DNA from: Octopus sinensis
Taxonomy: Eukaryota
Direction: 5' to 3'
DNA length: 64,000 nucleotides
Assembly: GCF_006345805.1 (NCBI RefSeq)
Contig: NC_042998.1
Coordinates: 32,922,001-32,986,000, forward strand
The notes under the pieces are model-generated. The model ran no database searches. It saw only the letters and a list, made by a program, of their open reading frames with translations, and was not told the origin of the DNA. This document shows positions 1 through 11,689 of the stretch, in pieces (the first letter of the stretch is position 1; every line of letters begins with the position of its first letter). The position numbers and the translations under genes are program-made.

Positions 1-195
1 TGGTACATCATTTATCAGACAAGTACTAAAATCAATGTAATTGAATTGTCTTCTCCCATCAAGATTGCTGGCGTTTGTCCCTGCAACGATGCGGGGTCTC
101 GTTTAGTTGGGAACGTTTTGATCTCGGTAAATTAAATGTCATAGAAACCAGGCAAACGTCTTTATGAGTCCTAGAGTTCAAGAAAAATAAATATA

Positions 196-818
196 GGTGC
201 AAGCGTGGTTGTGTGGTAAAGGTATTTGCTTCCCAAAAGGCGGCGAGCTGGCAGAAACGTTAGCACGCCTGGCGAAATGCGTAGCCGTATTTCGTCTGCC
301 GCTACGTTCTGAGTTCAAATTCCGCTGAGGTCGACTTTGCTTTTCATCCTTTCGGGGTCGATAGATTAAGTACCAGTTACGCACTGGGGTCGATGTAATC
401 GACTTACTCCGTTTGTCTCTCCTTGTTTGTCCCCTCCGTGTGTAGCCCCTTGTGGGCAGTAAAGAAATAGGTATTTACTTCCCAACCACGTGGTTCCGGG
501 TTCAGTCCCGTTGCGTGACACTTAAGGCGTCTTCTACAATAGCCTCGGGCCAACCAAGGCTTTGTGAGTGGATTTCGTAAAGGGAAACTGAAAGAATCCA
601 TCATGTGTGTGTGTGAGAGAGAGACTTTGTGTCGGAGTTTATCTCCCAGCACTGCTTAAGAATCGGTGCCGGTATGTCTGCATCACTGAAAATCAGTGCC
701 TAAGCAAAATGACTGATAGAATGGGCACCAGACTTTTTAAAAAAACAATCGATTCGTTCGATTAAATTCTTCAACGCTGTATTCCAACGTGGCCGCAGTC
801 TAATGACTAAAACAAATC
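196..818 (+). mobile_element. tRNA-headed SINE family B (Meta-domain-like body), interrupted by a family A SINE
   Basis: Head GTGGTTGTGTGGTAAAG...GGTTCCGGGTTCAGTCCC, body GCCTCGGGCCAACCAAGGCTTTGTGAGTGGATT..GGAAACTGAAAGA, tail GTGGCCGCAGTCTAATGACTAAAACAA; many copies in the window. Domain name is from recall. Confidence 0.8.
239..468 (+). mobile_element. tRNA-headed SINE family A (Nin/Deu-like central domain), tail type 1
   Basis: GGCGGCGAGCTGGCAGAAACG..GAGTTCAAATTCC (A/B boxes), CGACTTTGCTTTTCATCCTTTCGGGGTCGAT, end GTAAAGAAAT; TSD AGGTATTT(G/A)CTTCCCAA at 220-236 and 469-485. Confidence 0.85.
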
Positions 819-859
819 AAAGATAACAGATAAACACACATACACACACACATATACAT

Positions 860-1695
860 ACATGGTACGATGGGTAAATTGTCGACATTTTATATTTTTA
901 ATTTTATGCATGTGTATTGTTTGTTTTTGAACTTGTCGACTACACAGTAAAGTAGAGTCAGTTGGGCACCGTTTGTAAGAAAAAAGGCAATCACTCTGCC
1001 AGAAAATTGGAAACGGCATGCTGTACTGCTTGGCATTCACACCAGAAGCCCCAATAAGAACATTTTAGTGTGTGAATATGAGGACATGTACCGAGAGTGA
1101 TAAAAATCAAACATCCAGTCAACATCATGGGGTTTGGAATGATCACCAGTGATGGCGATGTTATATTTCCATTCATCTTCCCACACGGCCTCACACTCAA
1201 CATGGAGCCATTCATCAAGTGCCTGGAGGAGGTAGTGCTGCTCTGGCTCAAGAGGGTGGCTGCTGGAAAACCCTCTGTCTGGCAACAGAACTCTGCACCA
1301 TGCCACACAAGCAGGAGAACCCAGCCATGGCTGTCAGACAATTTCTGCAACCACATCAACCCTAACATCTGGCCACCTAACTCTCCACACTGCAACCCCA
1401 TTCATTATTATGTGTGGGGCGCAGTTGAGCAAGAGACCAACAAAATTCCTTGTAACACCAGGCAAGGATTATGACAGCATTCACCAGTTTAAACAATGAG
1501 ACCTTCCAGAAGCTTTGCGGGAGATGCTGAAGTCGTCTGGAGGCCGTGGCTGAAGCCGATGGCGATTTTATTGAATAAATTGACTCTTTAGTTATTTCAA
1601 GATATTTTTGTGTAATTTTCGTAAATATATCTGCTAAAACAAGATATCAGTGTTATTATCACTTTGCGTAATTTAGACGACAATATCTTCACTGC

Positions 1696-1700
<5 letters not shown>
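860..1700 (+). mobile_element. Degenerate Tc1/mariner-superfamily (maT/DD37D-like) transposon
   Basis: ORF 1097-1474 contains KHPVNIMGFG, VWQQNSAPCHTS and WPPNSPHCNPIHYYVWG, decayed forms of WQQDSAPCH and WPPNSPDCNPLDY; ends near CTGCACCCTA at a TA tract. Confidence 0.85.
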
Positions 1701-1767
<67 letters not shown>

Positions 1768-1769
<2 letters not shown>

Positions 1770-2066
1770 AGTTCAGTAACATTTTTGATTCAGTTGATTA
1801 TGGTACTTAAGTTAAAGGCACCAGAATTTGGTATGGTATTAGCCATATAATTCAAAATGGGGTGATTATAATCAAAATAAGCAACAAGGATATCCAAAGG
1901 TAATACAGTACGATCGTTTCATGCGACTCCATTCAATTAAACAATGCAGCACCCACTTTGTGATGTTGGTAAATGGAATAACTATAAATGAATCTTTTCA
2001 ATTTAACTAAATTCTATATTTATATGCAGCTGAAGATTGCTCTACATTTTAAAACTGATGTAATAC
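1768..2066. mobile_element. Hammerhead-bearing repeat family H3, 5'-inverted copy with the ribozyme split across strands
   Basis: Homologous to 14996-15297; ATGCAG-CTGAAGA at 2024-2036 (+) and GCAT-GAAACGATCGTA-CTGTAT at about 1902-1925 (-). Confidence 0.75.
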
Positions 2067-2130
2067 ACACTCAACTGCTCTGTAACTTAGAGTGTGCTTC
2101 CTTCTCGGATTTATGATTTACTGACGATAT

Positions 2131-2200
<70 letters not shown>

Positions 2201-2882
2201 ATACATTTGTATACACGTATACAGACACAATTTGATCACGTGTCTTGTACATATGCTGAACAGATACATATGTAGTGAATTTTGTATTTGTTCCTTGTCA
2301 GAGAGGCACAAATAGCAACATGTCCTTACATTGTTTTTGAAATACGGTGATTTAATAGAAATATAATTTATTAAAATGCGAGAACCCAAATGGAACCATG
2401 TCTCTATTGCGCATGCTTCGGTAAATTCGTTGCTGTTCATACGTACAGAGAACAGCAATAATTACACATTTAACACTTTTTACATATTCTTCCAGTCTGA
2501 AAATCATTTAAAAAAACTCATATTTTGAATAATTTTTGGTTCGTATCTTTATTTATATATTTTTTTGTTTGTTTGTTAATCTCACAGATGAGTTAATCTT
2601 ATAGAACGTGATTCAGTTTACTTTTTTCTGTATAGACAACACTGAGTACAAAAGGAATTATTAGACATGTGTCAGTGTGTGGAAAGAAAATATTTTTGGT
2701 GTGGAAGATATAAGCAATTTCATTCTTTTCACTGATGATTACATTACACACACACACAGACACATACTTACACACACACAGACGAACACTCACGAAACAT
2801 ACTTGCATATTTGATTATTTTTCAAAATACTTTAGAAATGCACAAATAAGCACAATAACAATTGCACCAATACAAGCATACA

Positions 2883-2930
<48 letters not shown>

Positions 2931-3053
2931 AATTAAGGACTTAATTCGTGTTCAGTCCTTAATTGGTATATATAAATATTTTAATCTTCGGATTCTTTCT
3001 TTAATATGCTAGACCACTGGTTCTAATTGATAAATATCAATTTTTACCCTAAA

Positions 3054-3095
<42 letters not shown>

Positions 3096-3097
3096 AA

Positions 3098-3391
3098 TTC
3101 TGGAAAAATTCTCCACTACCAGCGGTCAAGTGAGAAAGAAAAAATAGTCAATAGACTATGTAACATACATTCAAATATATAAGGGATGGCCATAATAGGA
3201 TATCCGACTCACTAGAAATAGCAGCTAAACTCCAAACCACTAACAGTTGTAATTCTGAAATGGAAAGAGAACGAGGGTAAACGTTTTTATTTCTCTTTCC
3301 ATATCAGAATTACAGCTATTAGTGGTTTGGAGTTTAGCAGCTCTTTCTAGTGAGTCGGATGTCCTATTATGGCCATCCCTTATATGTTTGA

Positions 3392-3394
<3 letters not shown>
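3098..3394. repeat. TA-embedded fold-back element with about 103-bp inverted arms
   Basis: 3169-3271 is nearly the reverse complement of 3291-3394, with a loop of about 19 nt. Confidence 0.8.
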
Positions 3395-3456
<62 letters not shown>

Positions 3457-3904
3457 AATGTTTTTATAAATGTTTTTAAATGTTCTCAATATTGCGATTA
3501 GGGTACTCATCTGAAAATAAACGGCTTTTTATATTGACATAATGCACCGATTAACCAATCAAAAACTTCGTTGAAAACAGCTGTAATAGATTGACACCTA
3601 TCTATCGTTTGCTATCTATTATTTATGATTTACCTCTCTCCGAACCTGTTCCTCGCATGTTCCGAAGTATACGATGCACCGTATATTACTAGATTAGCCC
3701 AAGGGCTAGTAATATATACAGTAGGGTTCAATTAATTGTATCCATAAACTGAATATCTTTCTGCCTGTTCTTGTGCACCAACGTTTGTATTTGTCCATAG
3801 TTGCTGTGCATGCATTTTAATTTTGACCCGACCCGGTGCCTTACCATTTAAGTGCCTAATCCACATGAATCCTAACATATTTCATATATATATATATATA
3901 TATA

Positions 3905-4125
3905 GTTATAGGTATAAATTAAATTAGAGATAAAACCACTATTAGGCAAATCAAACAGTGAAAAACATAAACCAAAACATGAAAATAAATATAATATAAT
4001 ATACAAAATATATAAAATATAAAATTAAAAAATTTAAATTATTTAATTTATATTTATACTGTGAAATTTGATTTAATCCTAAATCTAATTTTTCCCTGTA
4101 AGTTTGGATTTACTCCCTAATATTA
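3905..4125. mobile_element. Remnant of repeat family H4 (no ribozyme core)
   Basis: Shares TAGAGATAAAACCACTATT and GATTTAATCCTAAATCT..CCCTGTAA..TGGATTTA.TCCCTAATATT with 15426-15822 and 16940-17075. Confidence 0.7.
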
Positions 4126-4226
4126 TATATATATATAATGAAAATTTACAAAAAAAAAACAAAAGACGAAGACGTGTAGTGTAAACAACAAACATATGTT
4201 TGTAACGCTCGGGAAGGGAGAAAGTA

Positions 4227-4261
4227 TTTTACGTTTCGAGCCTACGCTCTTCGAGAGAAAG
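4227..4261 (-). ncRNA. Degenerate hammerhead-like motif (family H5)
   Basis: Minus strand CTTT-CTCTCGA-A-GAGC(GTAG)GCTC-GAAA-C-GTA-AAAT; helix II and the ACGT helix III are intact, but the core has 2 mismatches to CUGANGA. Confidence 0.4.
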
Positions 4262-4436
4262 GAACACAGAAGTAAACAGGGAGAGAAAATAGGAAAAAGG
4301 CTTAGTGGCTGGCGATCTATCATATATATAGTCATAATAATAATATGACAACAAAAGAATGAATGAGACTTCGATATTATGTAAAATCGAGGAATTTAAC
4401 TATAAATATAATATGTGACAATTACTTGTTTGTCAT

Positions 4437-4497
4437 AATAAAACTCAGAGTTTCGGATGCCGGGGCTGAAGTCTCCTCCAGCATCTCATCAGTCATT
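4437..4497 (-). ncRNA. Minimal type I hammerhead ribozyme (family H1)
   Basis: AATGA-CTGATGA-GATGCTGG..CCGGCATC-C-GAAA-CTC-T-GAG-TT-TTATT: 5-bp helix I, 8-bp helix II, palindromic helix III ACTC/GAGT, GUU triplet. Confidence 0.75.
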
Positions 4498-4664
4498 AAG
4501 ACAAACCAAAACGCTACGAAAAACCTGTTGAATAAAGGGAAATTACTCCAATAGGCGTGGGGTAAGTAAAACTTCGTTCATAGAATCCACATACGCACAT
4601 ATACACACACATACACGTACGCACACACACACACATATGTAGTTATGTATGTGTGTGTAGATAT

Positions 4665-4712
<48 letters not shown>

Positions 4713-4717
4713 GAAGG

Positions 4718-4755
4718 AGCTTCTACTGTTTCATTCAAATGAAATCATCAGGAAG
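4718..4755 (-). ncRNA. Minimal type I hammerhead (family H2, short helix III), inverted copy
   Basis: Minus strand AGCTTC-CTGATGA-TTTCATTTGAAT-GAAA-CAG-TA-GAAGCT. Confidence 0.55.
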
Positions 4756-4804
4756 CTTCCTGATGATTTCATTTGAATGAAACAGTTCTAGTCCTGTAGA
4801 AGCT
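4756..4804 (+). ncRNA. Type I hammerhead ribozyme (family H2)
   Basis: (AG)CTTC-CTGATGA(4760-4766)-TTTCATTTGAAT-GAAA(4779-4782)-CAG-TTCTAGTC-CTG-TA-GAAGCT; helix I AGCTTC/GAAGCT, helix III ACAG/CTGT, GUA triplet; helix II is weak. Confidence 0.7.
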
Positions 4805-4921
4805 CCTTCTATAAAATAAATTAATTTACTCTGGTATGTATTGAGTACCTTATTTACTGTGGTTAACCCCAACTCAACCCGGGACCTACATATATATATA
4901 TATAATATATATATATATTAT

Positions 4922-4955
<34 letters not shown>

Positions 4956-6003
4956 CTTATACATATCTATATGTATATACACACACATGTATGCAGGCAT
5001 GTATGTATGTATGTACGGTATATGGTAAGGTGTACAATACGCACATTTTGAATTTTTTATACGCCAAGTCTATCTATAATAGTTACATAACAAATTTGGC
5101 TTGGTATTATGTAACTTATATATAATATATAGGCGAGCTGAATAAATGCAAAATTTTTCGTATACATAAATGCATACATTCATAAATATATATACATATA
5201 TATTTATATATATATACACACATATACATACACATAAATATATACATATACATACATATATTTATATGTGTGTGTGTGAGTATGTATACCTTGCAGCGTG
5301 TAATGATTGTGATTCTGTGAACTGATTGACATCATTGAAGTCTAGCCAGAGGCGTCAGTAGCCAGGAAAATCTGAAATTATCGGAAATTAAACAAGTTAT
5401 GTACACACTTCCGACAGTAAAGTACTGCATTGTCAAAAATCGGTGGCTGTTTGCACAATTAAAATTTTCTATATTTCTATGAAAATTTATGCTACAGAGT
5501 TAGGCTTTAACCAGATATATCTGGACAACTTTATATTATGACTATTCCTCGGAAACTATCATGAACGTAGCTTTAAGATTATTGTGCTTTCTTGTAGATT
5601 CATTAAGCAAGACTACGAGGATGTACAATAGACAGTATTCAGTATTATTGTAGCTTAATATAAGATATGGGATAGTTCTATAAAAGAATCATTTTATCAC
5701 ATATATATAGAGAGAGAATAAGACAAAAGGTAGGTGCATTATCAACGATTCACTGAGCTTACACGCGTTTCCAATCCTCTCGCACAAGCCAGTTGCTGCA
5801 CATTGATAAGTGCATATTTAACCATTCTTCATTTGATCGACTAAAATGCCACAGACAGAATGCAATTAGGTGCCATGCTAGTCTTTTCAAGGCCAAAACA
5901 CCTCTTTTACTTAGGTATTTTAGTCGATAGATTAAATATGTATTTTACAGTGCTTCGGTTGTGCCAGGCTATCCAGGCTATTCGTAATGCGTGTAAGATA
6001 AAA

Positions 6004-6225
6004 GGCAGCGAGCTGGCAGAAACGTTTGCAAACCTGGCGAAATGTTTAGAGGTATTTCGTCTGTCTATACGTTCTGAGTTCAAATTCCGCCGAGGCCGAC
6101 TTTGTCTTTTATCCTTTCGGGGTCGATAAATTAAGTACCATTTGCATACTGGGGTCGATTTAATCGACTGGCCCTCTCCCCAAAAATTTCAGGCTTTGTA
6201 CCTAGAGCAGAAAAGAATGCGTGCA
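6004..6225 (+). mobile_element. SINE family A, tail type 2
   Basis: Same head and body as 239-468, but tail CGACTGGCCCTCTCCCCAAAAATTTCAGGCTTTGTACCTAGAG. Confidence 0.8.
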
Positions 6226-6656
6226 AGATAAACGGATCGGTGATATTGCATTTTCGTTCTTTATGTTTTTTGTAATATACTCTATGATTAATTGAACGTA
6301 TTTAAGTGGTATTCGACTCCAGATTTTACAAACTTAAATAACCTACAGTTAAGGAAACGAAACAATCCAGCTCTGTTAGTAATCAGTTCGATTTATATTT
6401 TAGAACAAGCCATACAGAGTATCCTCAAGGATGGTGCATTCATTTAGGATTTTTATTGCTACAAATGTCGTTCTGTGACTTTCTATTTTCATCTTGACAT
6501 TTGCTGTCTTGATATATGGGTCTATAACCATTCTTGTTTTTTGCAACATCGCATATAATAATGCACCTCCCACACTACTGCAAATGACAATAATAGAATT
6601 ATATCCTGTTAAGAAATAGTTTTTTTCTGTGTTCGTTTAACCAAGGTGCTTATGTA

Positions 6657-6657
<1 letters not shown>

Positions 6658-6742
<85 letters not shown>

Positions 6743-6744
6743 TA

Positions 6745-6780
<36 letters not shown>
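6658..6780. repeat. (TATC)n microsatellite
   Basis: Direct reading. Confidence 0.95.
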
Positions 6781-6781
<1 letters not shown>

Positions 6782-6829
6782 GCTACATTCACCCAAAAAA
6801 GAGGGTGAATAGCAAGAATGGCACGCATG

Positions 6830-7231
6830 AATGACGAAGCCACCTGAGCATAGTCCTATGAACCCAGAAATCGAAAACAGAGAGTTGCTTATTTGCAAAA
6901 AAAAAAAAAAAAAAAGAAATAAAAAGTGACTTCATTGACCGAGGTTACCGTGGTCTTTCCGTAGGCTTTTCTTTCCACGGGTAAACCTCACCTGTCCTCC
7001 CCTTTACACTTCATATTGACATTTCTGTGATAACGATCCCTATTGATCAATTTTTGTTTCTCTCCCCCTTTTTTTTTTTAACCCCCCCTTCTTTGTCCTC
7101 TTTCTCCTTTTACGATCCCTTTTGATCGAAACTCCCCCTTCCTTTTTTTTTTTTTTTTTTAAACCTTCAAAAGAAAAGCTCTACCTTGTATTTGTTCTAT
7201 GTGTGCAGCCCTGTGTGGCTAATAAAGAAAC
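6830..7231 (+). mobile_element. Probable 3' end of a non-LTR retrotransposon inserted in (TATC)n
   Basis: Pyrimidine-rich UTR-like segment ending GCAGCCCTGTGTGGCTAATAAAGAAACA, flanked by TATC arrays on both sides. Confidence 0.45.
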
Positions 7232-7408
7232 ATATCTATCTATCTATCTATCTATCTATCTGTCGGTCTGCCTGTCTGTCTGTCTGTTGTCTGTCTGTCT
7301 GTTGCCTATCTATCTATTTATCTATCTATCTATTTATCTATCTACCTATTTCTATCTATCTGTCTATCTATCTATTTATCTATCTACCTATTTCTATCTG
7401 TCTATCTA

Positions 7409-7440
<32 letters not shown>

Positions 7441-7540
7441 TTTATTTATCTACCTATTTCTATCAGTCTATCTATCTATTTGTCTGTCTGTCTGTCTATC
7501 TGTCTATCTATTTATCTATTTATCTATCTATCTATCTATC

Positions 7541-7604
<64 letters not shown>

Positions 7605-7612
7605 ACGCTTTA
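7232..7612. repeat. (TATC)n/(TGTC)n compound microsatellite
   Basis: Direct reading; explains the YLSI ORFs. Confidence 0.95.
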
Positions 7613-8304
7613 TCTGTCTACCTCTTTGTCTGCCTATGTATTTCTTTCATATTATCCTCACTATCTACTCCTCTTTCCTTCATTTTGTGATGTGTCGACC
7701 ACGTCTATTCATATTTTATCCTAAAGTAGATCAAGCAAATGGTAAAATAAAGTGTAAAAATCTATTATCCTCGCGATAGCTATTCGTTGGATACAACAGA
7801 TTTTCAGTTGTCTACTAAAAAATATTCACATTTGACAGCATTAATCATATCTTAGAACCATATACGTGAGAAAAGCTATAGTTTACTCGAGATTTGAAGT
7901 TTATTAATTAATCATTATAATACGTGTAAATTAGGCATCAGGTGAAGTTGAGAAGAATCATTATTCGGGGTATTGACGACTTTGGATAAAAATGTGATAG
8001 GAATAAGTGTCCAACTTCTGAAAAACAATATATTACTATGTTAAATGCCTTATTTTGCTTCCTTTTACATTCACAACTCAAACAAAATCCTGTTGTCTTA
8101 AAAAGCAGGACATACTGAATAATCTAAAAGACCGGCAGATAATCAAAATTTTTATTATATGCTGGATGTAAATATTCAATTTTACCTCTAACAACTTCAA
8201 ACGTAATAGTCCAGTCAAAAATTTGCTTTCCATGAGGATAATATAGAAGCCATAGTGGGTATCATACTGGCATAAGATAAACAGGAGTATTTGGGATTAT
8301 ATAT

Positions 8305-8533
8305 TTCTTTACTACCCACAACCGGCTAATCACAGAGGAGACAAACAAGGACAGACAAAAGGATTATGTCGATAACATCGACAGCAGTGCGTAACTGGTA
8401 CTTAATTTATCGACCCCGAAATGATGAAAGGCAAAGTCGACCCCGGCGGAATTTGAACTCAGAGCGTAACGGCAGACGAAATACGATTACGCATTTCGCC
8501 CGGCGTGCTAATGTTTCTGCCAGCTCGCCGCCT
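8305..8533 (-). mobile_element. SINE family A, tail type 1
   Basis: Reverse complement of the family A consensus. Confidence 0.85.
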
Positions 8534-9759
8534 TAAGTATTTGTGATTATATCAATTCCAGTATGTGCATCGTGTATATATTATATATTTCCGATGAAGA
8601 GGAAGGCACAATGACTCGTTGGCCTATGTTCAGCAACGCATTTAATCTGCCAGCCTACTTTACTGTAATATCACTGAAGACAAATGAAATATTGCAGTAG
8701 TTTTTAGCATTATTGTTTACAATGGAAATCATGGATTAAGATCGATTGTTTAGCCCTAGGTCAGTTCTTATTGAGCAGATCTCTGATCAAATACATTACA
8801 ATTGTCATCTCACTGTCTTTTTCCTAAGCAAATGGCATACAAGTTTATGCGCATTGTTCATCTTGTCCTTTTTTCTTAATACTGTAAGATGCCTTCCGAT
8901 AGAGATTTGGCTGTTAACTCTCGCATGCTTGAAGGGACTTAAGATTAGAGATGCATTTTCTCTCCAATAAAGAAATTAAACTTTGCAGGTATTCCAAAGA
9001 CACTAGTTAGATTAATGCTCATTGTACTAATGCAAACTAGTGCTTATAGCAATGACAGAAATGGATCAACGCATGAAGAAAAAATATTATTGGTTCACAA
9101 TATTCATGAAAAAAAAAATAATGGAAATTGAATAAAAAGTTCTTGTGTCTAAGTTCTTTTGTAATTAAACATTATTTGCAAGACATAAATTTTGTTGCAT
9201 TAAAAATATCATTATTATTATTTGTAAAAAAAAATAAGTTTTGTTAACTTAAAATTATTATTTGTAAAATATTTTGCTGCATTACAAATATTATTTGTAA
9301 AAATTTATTTCATATTCAAACATTTAAATCTTAAAATGAATGGCATGTTTATTTTTTAGTTCGTTGTTATTTAACGATTTTATATTCTTCAATAAACACA
9401 TGAAGCGCATTACTCAATGACTTACGTCAAAATCTGCAAACATACTTGACAGGACAAATAAATAAAAACTTAATTATTTTGAAATTAGAAACTATTGCTA
9501 AAATTATAGGTTTATTAGACAGTGTTTGCCGTTTATATATTCTAACTTTATTTATTATGAATTAGGTTGTTAACGGCATTCTGCTTCGGTTATTACTTTT
9601 TGTGTGTGCGTGATTCTCTCCGGGTTTCTCGATCAAATTTAGGCGGATACTGTTGAATAATGCTAATTTCTGTGTAACATTAGAACTGAAGGTTTCTTTT
9701 TTTCTCTTCTGTTTTTTTTTTTTTTTTGAAATTTCGTTTTGAAGCACCAACTTACCCAT

Positions 9760-9939
9760 CATTAGTTATTATCATCTTCATTATTATTTACCATCATCAA
9801 TATTGTCGCAATTGCTATCACCATCATCATCATCATCATCATCGTTGTCGTCATCGTCGTCATCATCATCATCACCATCATTATCATCATCGTTATCATC
9901 ATCATCATCATCGTCGCCTTCACCATCATCCTCATCATC

Positions 9940-9980
<41 letters not shown>

Positions 9981-10013
9981 TATCATCATCGGTAGCATCA
10001 TCATCATCGGTAG

Positions 10014-10046
<33 letters not shown>

Positions 10047-10266
10047 TATCATCATTGGTAGCATCATCATCACCCTTATCATCCTTATCATCATCATCAT
10101 CATCACCACCACCACCATCATCATCATCGTTATTATCATCATCACCATCATCATCACCACCACCACCACCATCATCATCATCGTTATTATCATCATCACC
10201 ATCATCATCACCACCACCACCACCACCATCATCATCATCGTTATTATCATCATCACCATCATCATT

Positions 10267-10300
<34 letters not shown>

Positions 10301-10625
10301 CCCTCATCATCATCATCATCATCATCACCCTCATCATCATCATCATCATCATCATCATCGTTATTATCATCAGTACTTTTACTAGCATGGTAAAGATGAT
10401 GGAACAGAATGCTGTTATTGATATCTTCGTCACAATCATAATTTTTGTTATTTGTTTTGTTATTCGTATAAAACATGACATCTATGATGATGATGATTAT
10501 GGTGACGGCGACGACGACGATGATGATGATGATCATCATCATCATGATCGCAGTGGTGGAGGTAGTTGTGGTCGGTGGTGGTGGTGGTGGTGGTGGTGGT
10601 AATGATGAGGATATATTCGTGATCA
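9760..10625. repeat. Long (CAT/CAC/GAT)n trinucleotide array
   Basis: Direct reading; source of the poly-H/D/S/M ORFs. Confidence 0.95.
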
Positions 10626-11689
10626 ACAATTTATGCTATCACAGAAATATTTTAATAATCTTACAATCGATAACATGATAGGAAATATTTTGATCGGAAA
10701 TCTATTTACCGTTATTTCCCTCCATATCAGAGTAATGAATATACAGCGGGAAATAATATCAAGGACTGAAAAACTGGCAGTATATGACTTCCTGTTAGCC
10801 TTTTTAATTTTCCACAGTTTATCAGAAATCGCTGCTGCGGTTTGAAGTTTATTGCAGTTATTGTGCATCAGTTTGTTAATTATCCACTCCTCCTGCTTAT
10901 TAGCACGTTTCGACTGCAAATATTAACCGAACGAAAAAGATTAAAACACTTGGGTCGCTTGCTCAAAAGATTAAACATTTGAATATTTTCTCCGTATGAT
11001 TCCCTGCCGCTCGTAAGCTTTCATGAACTACGTACAACTATTTTTCTTATTCGTTTATACATTTATACTCATAAATACAGACCCATATGTATTCCTGTAG
11101 CATAAAGCGATTGACATCACTCTCTTACATCTACAAAATCGATTACAGTCAATTTTTATCGCATATTCTCAGGATCAGTAAATATTTACACTAATCGATG
11201 ATATTGATTATAATGTTTATGCTGTTTTTCTTCTAAAGGTGAATTCCGACCTAATAATATAACTACACGTACTTAATATTAGCTACTAAAACTATACAGT
11301 ATTATAAATAAACCATGATGGAACGTTTGCCTATAGAAAACACGTAACACAAGTCTAGCGGGTTGATTTTTCACAGTTTCTCAATCCAGTGGGTTTTAAC
11401 TCAACGTATTGCCTGTTATTTATTTCAGAATTTGCTTCAAGTCACATCTCATTCAGAGACTTATTGACATATTTCCTCATTCGCTTACATTTGCATTCTA
11501 TACACACATACGTCTGTGATATTCTGTGGTGCACTACCGGTTTTATTTATGGGGAGTTATCTCCTTTACAGGACTTTGTTAACAGTGCATGATAGGAACA
11601 CTGTAGGAGGACACAAATGGTGGTCTCCTGGAATACGTGGGAGACGAGTCACTGCCGTAAGGTTCCCCGTCGTACAGAAATCGGACATT

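Noticed and set aside
5290-5371. A-to-I recoding of a TAG stop to rescue the candidate exon frame
   Set aside because: No editing evidence and no protein similarity; too speculative.
8674-8700. CTGAAGA..GAAA as a hammerhead
   Set aside because: No helix II or III pairing; chance match.
10690-10920. Enhancer-like unique segment with ETS and homeobox-like words
   Set aside because: Short motifs only, with no independent support from the sequence.
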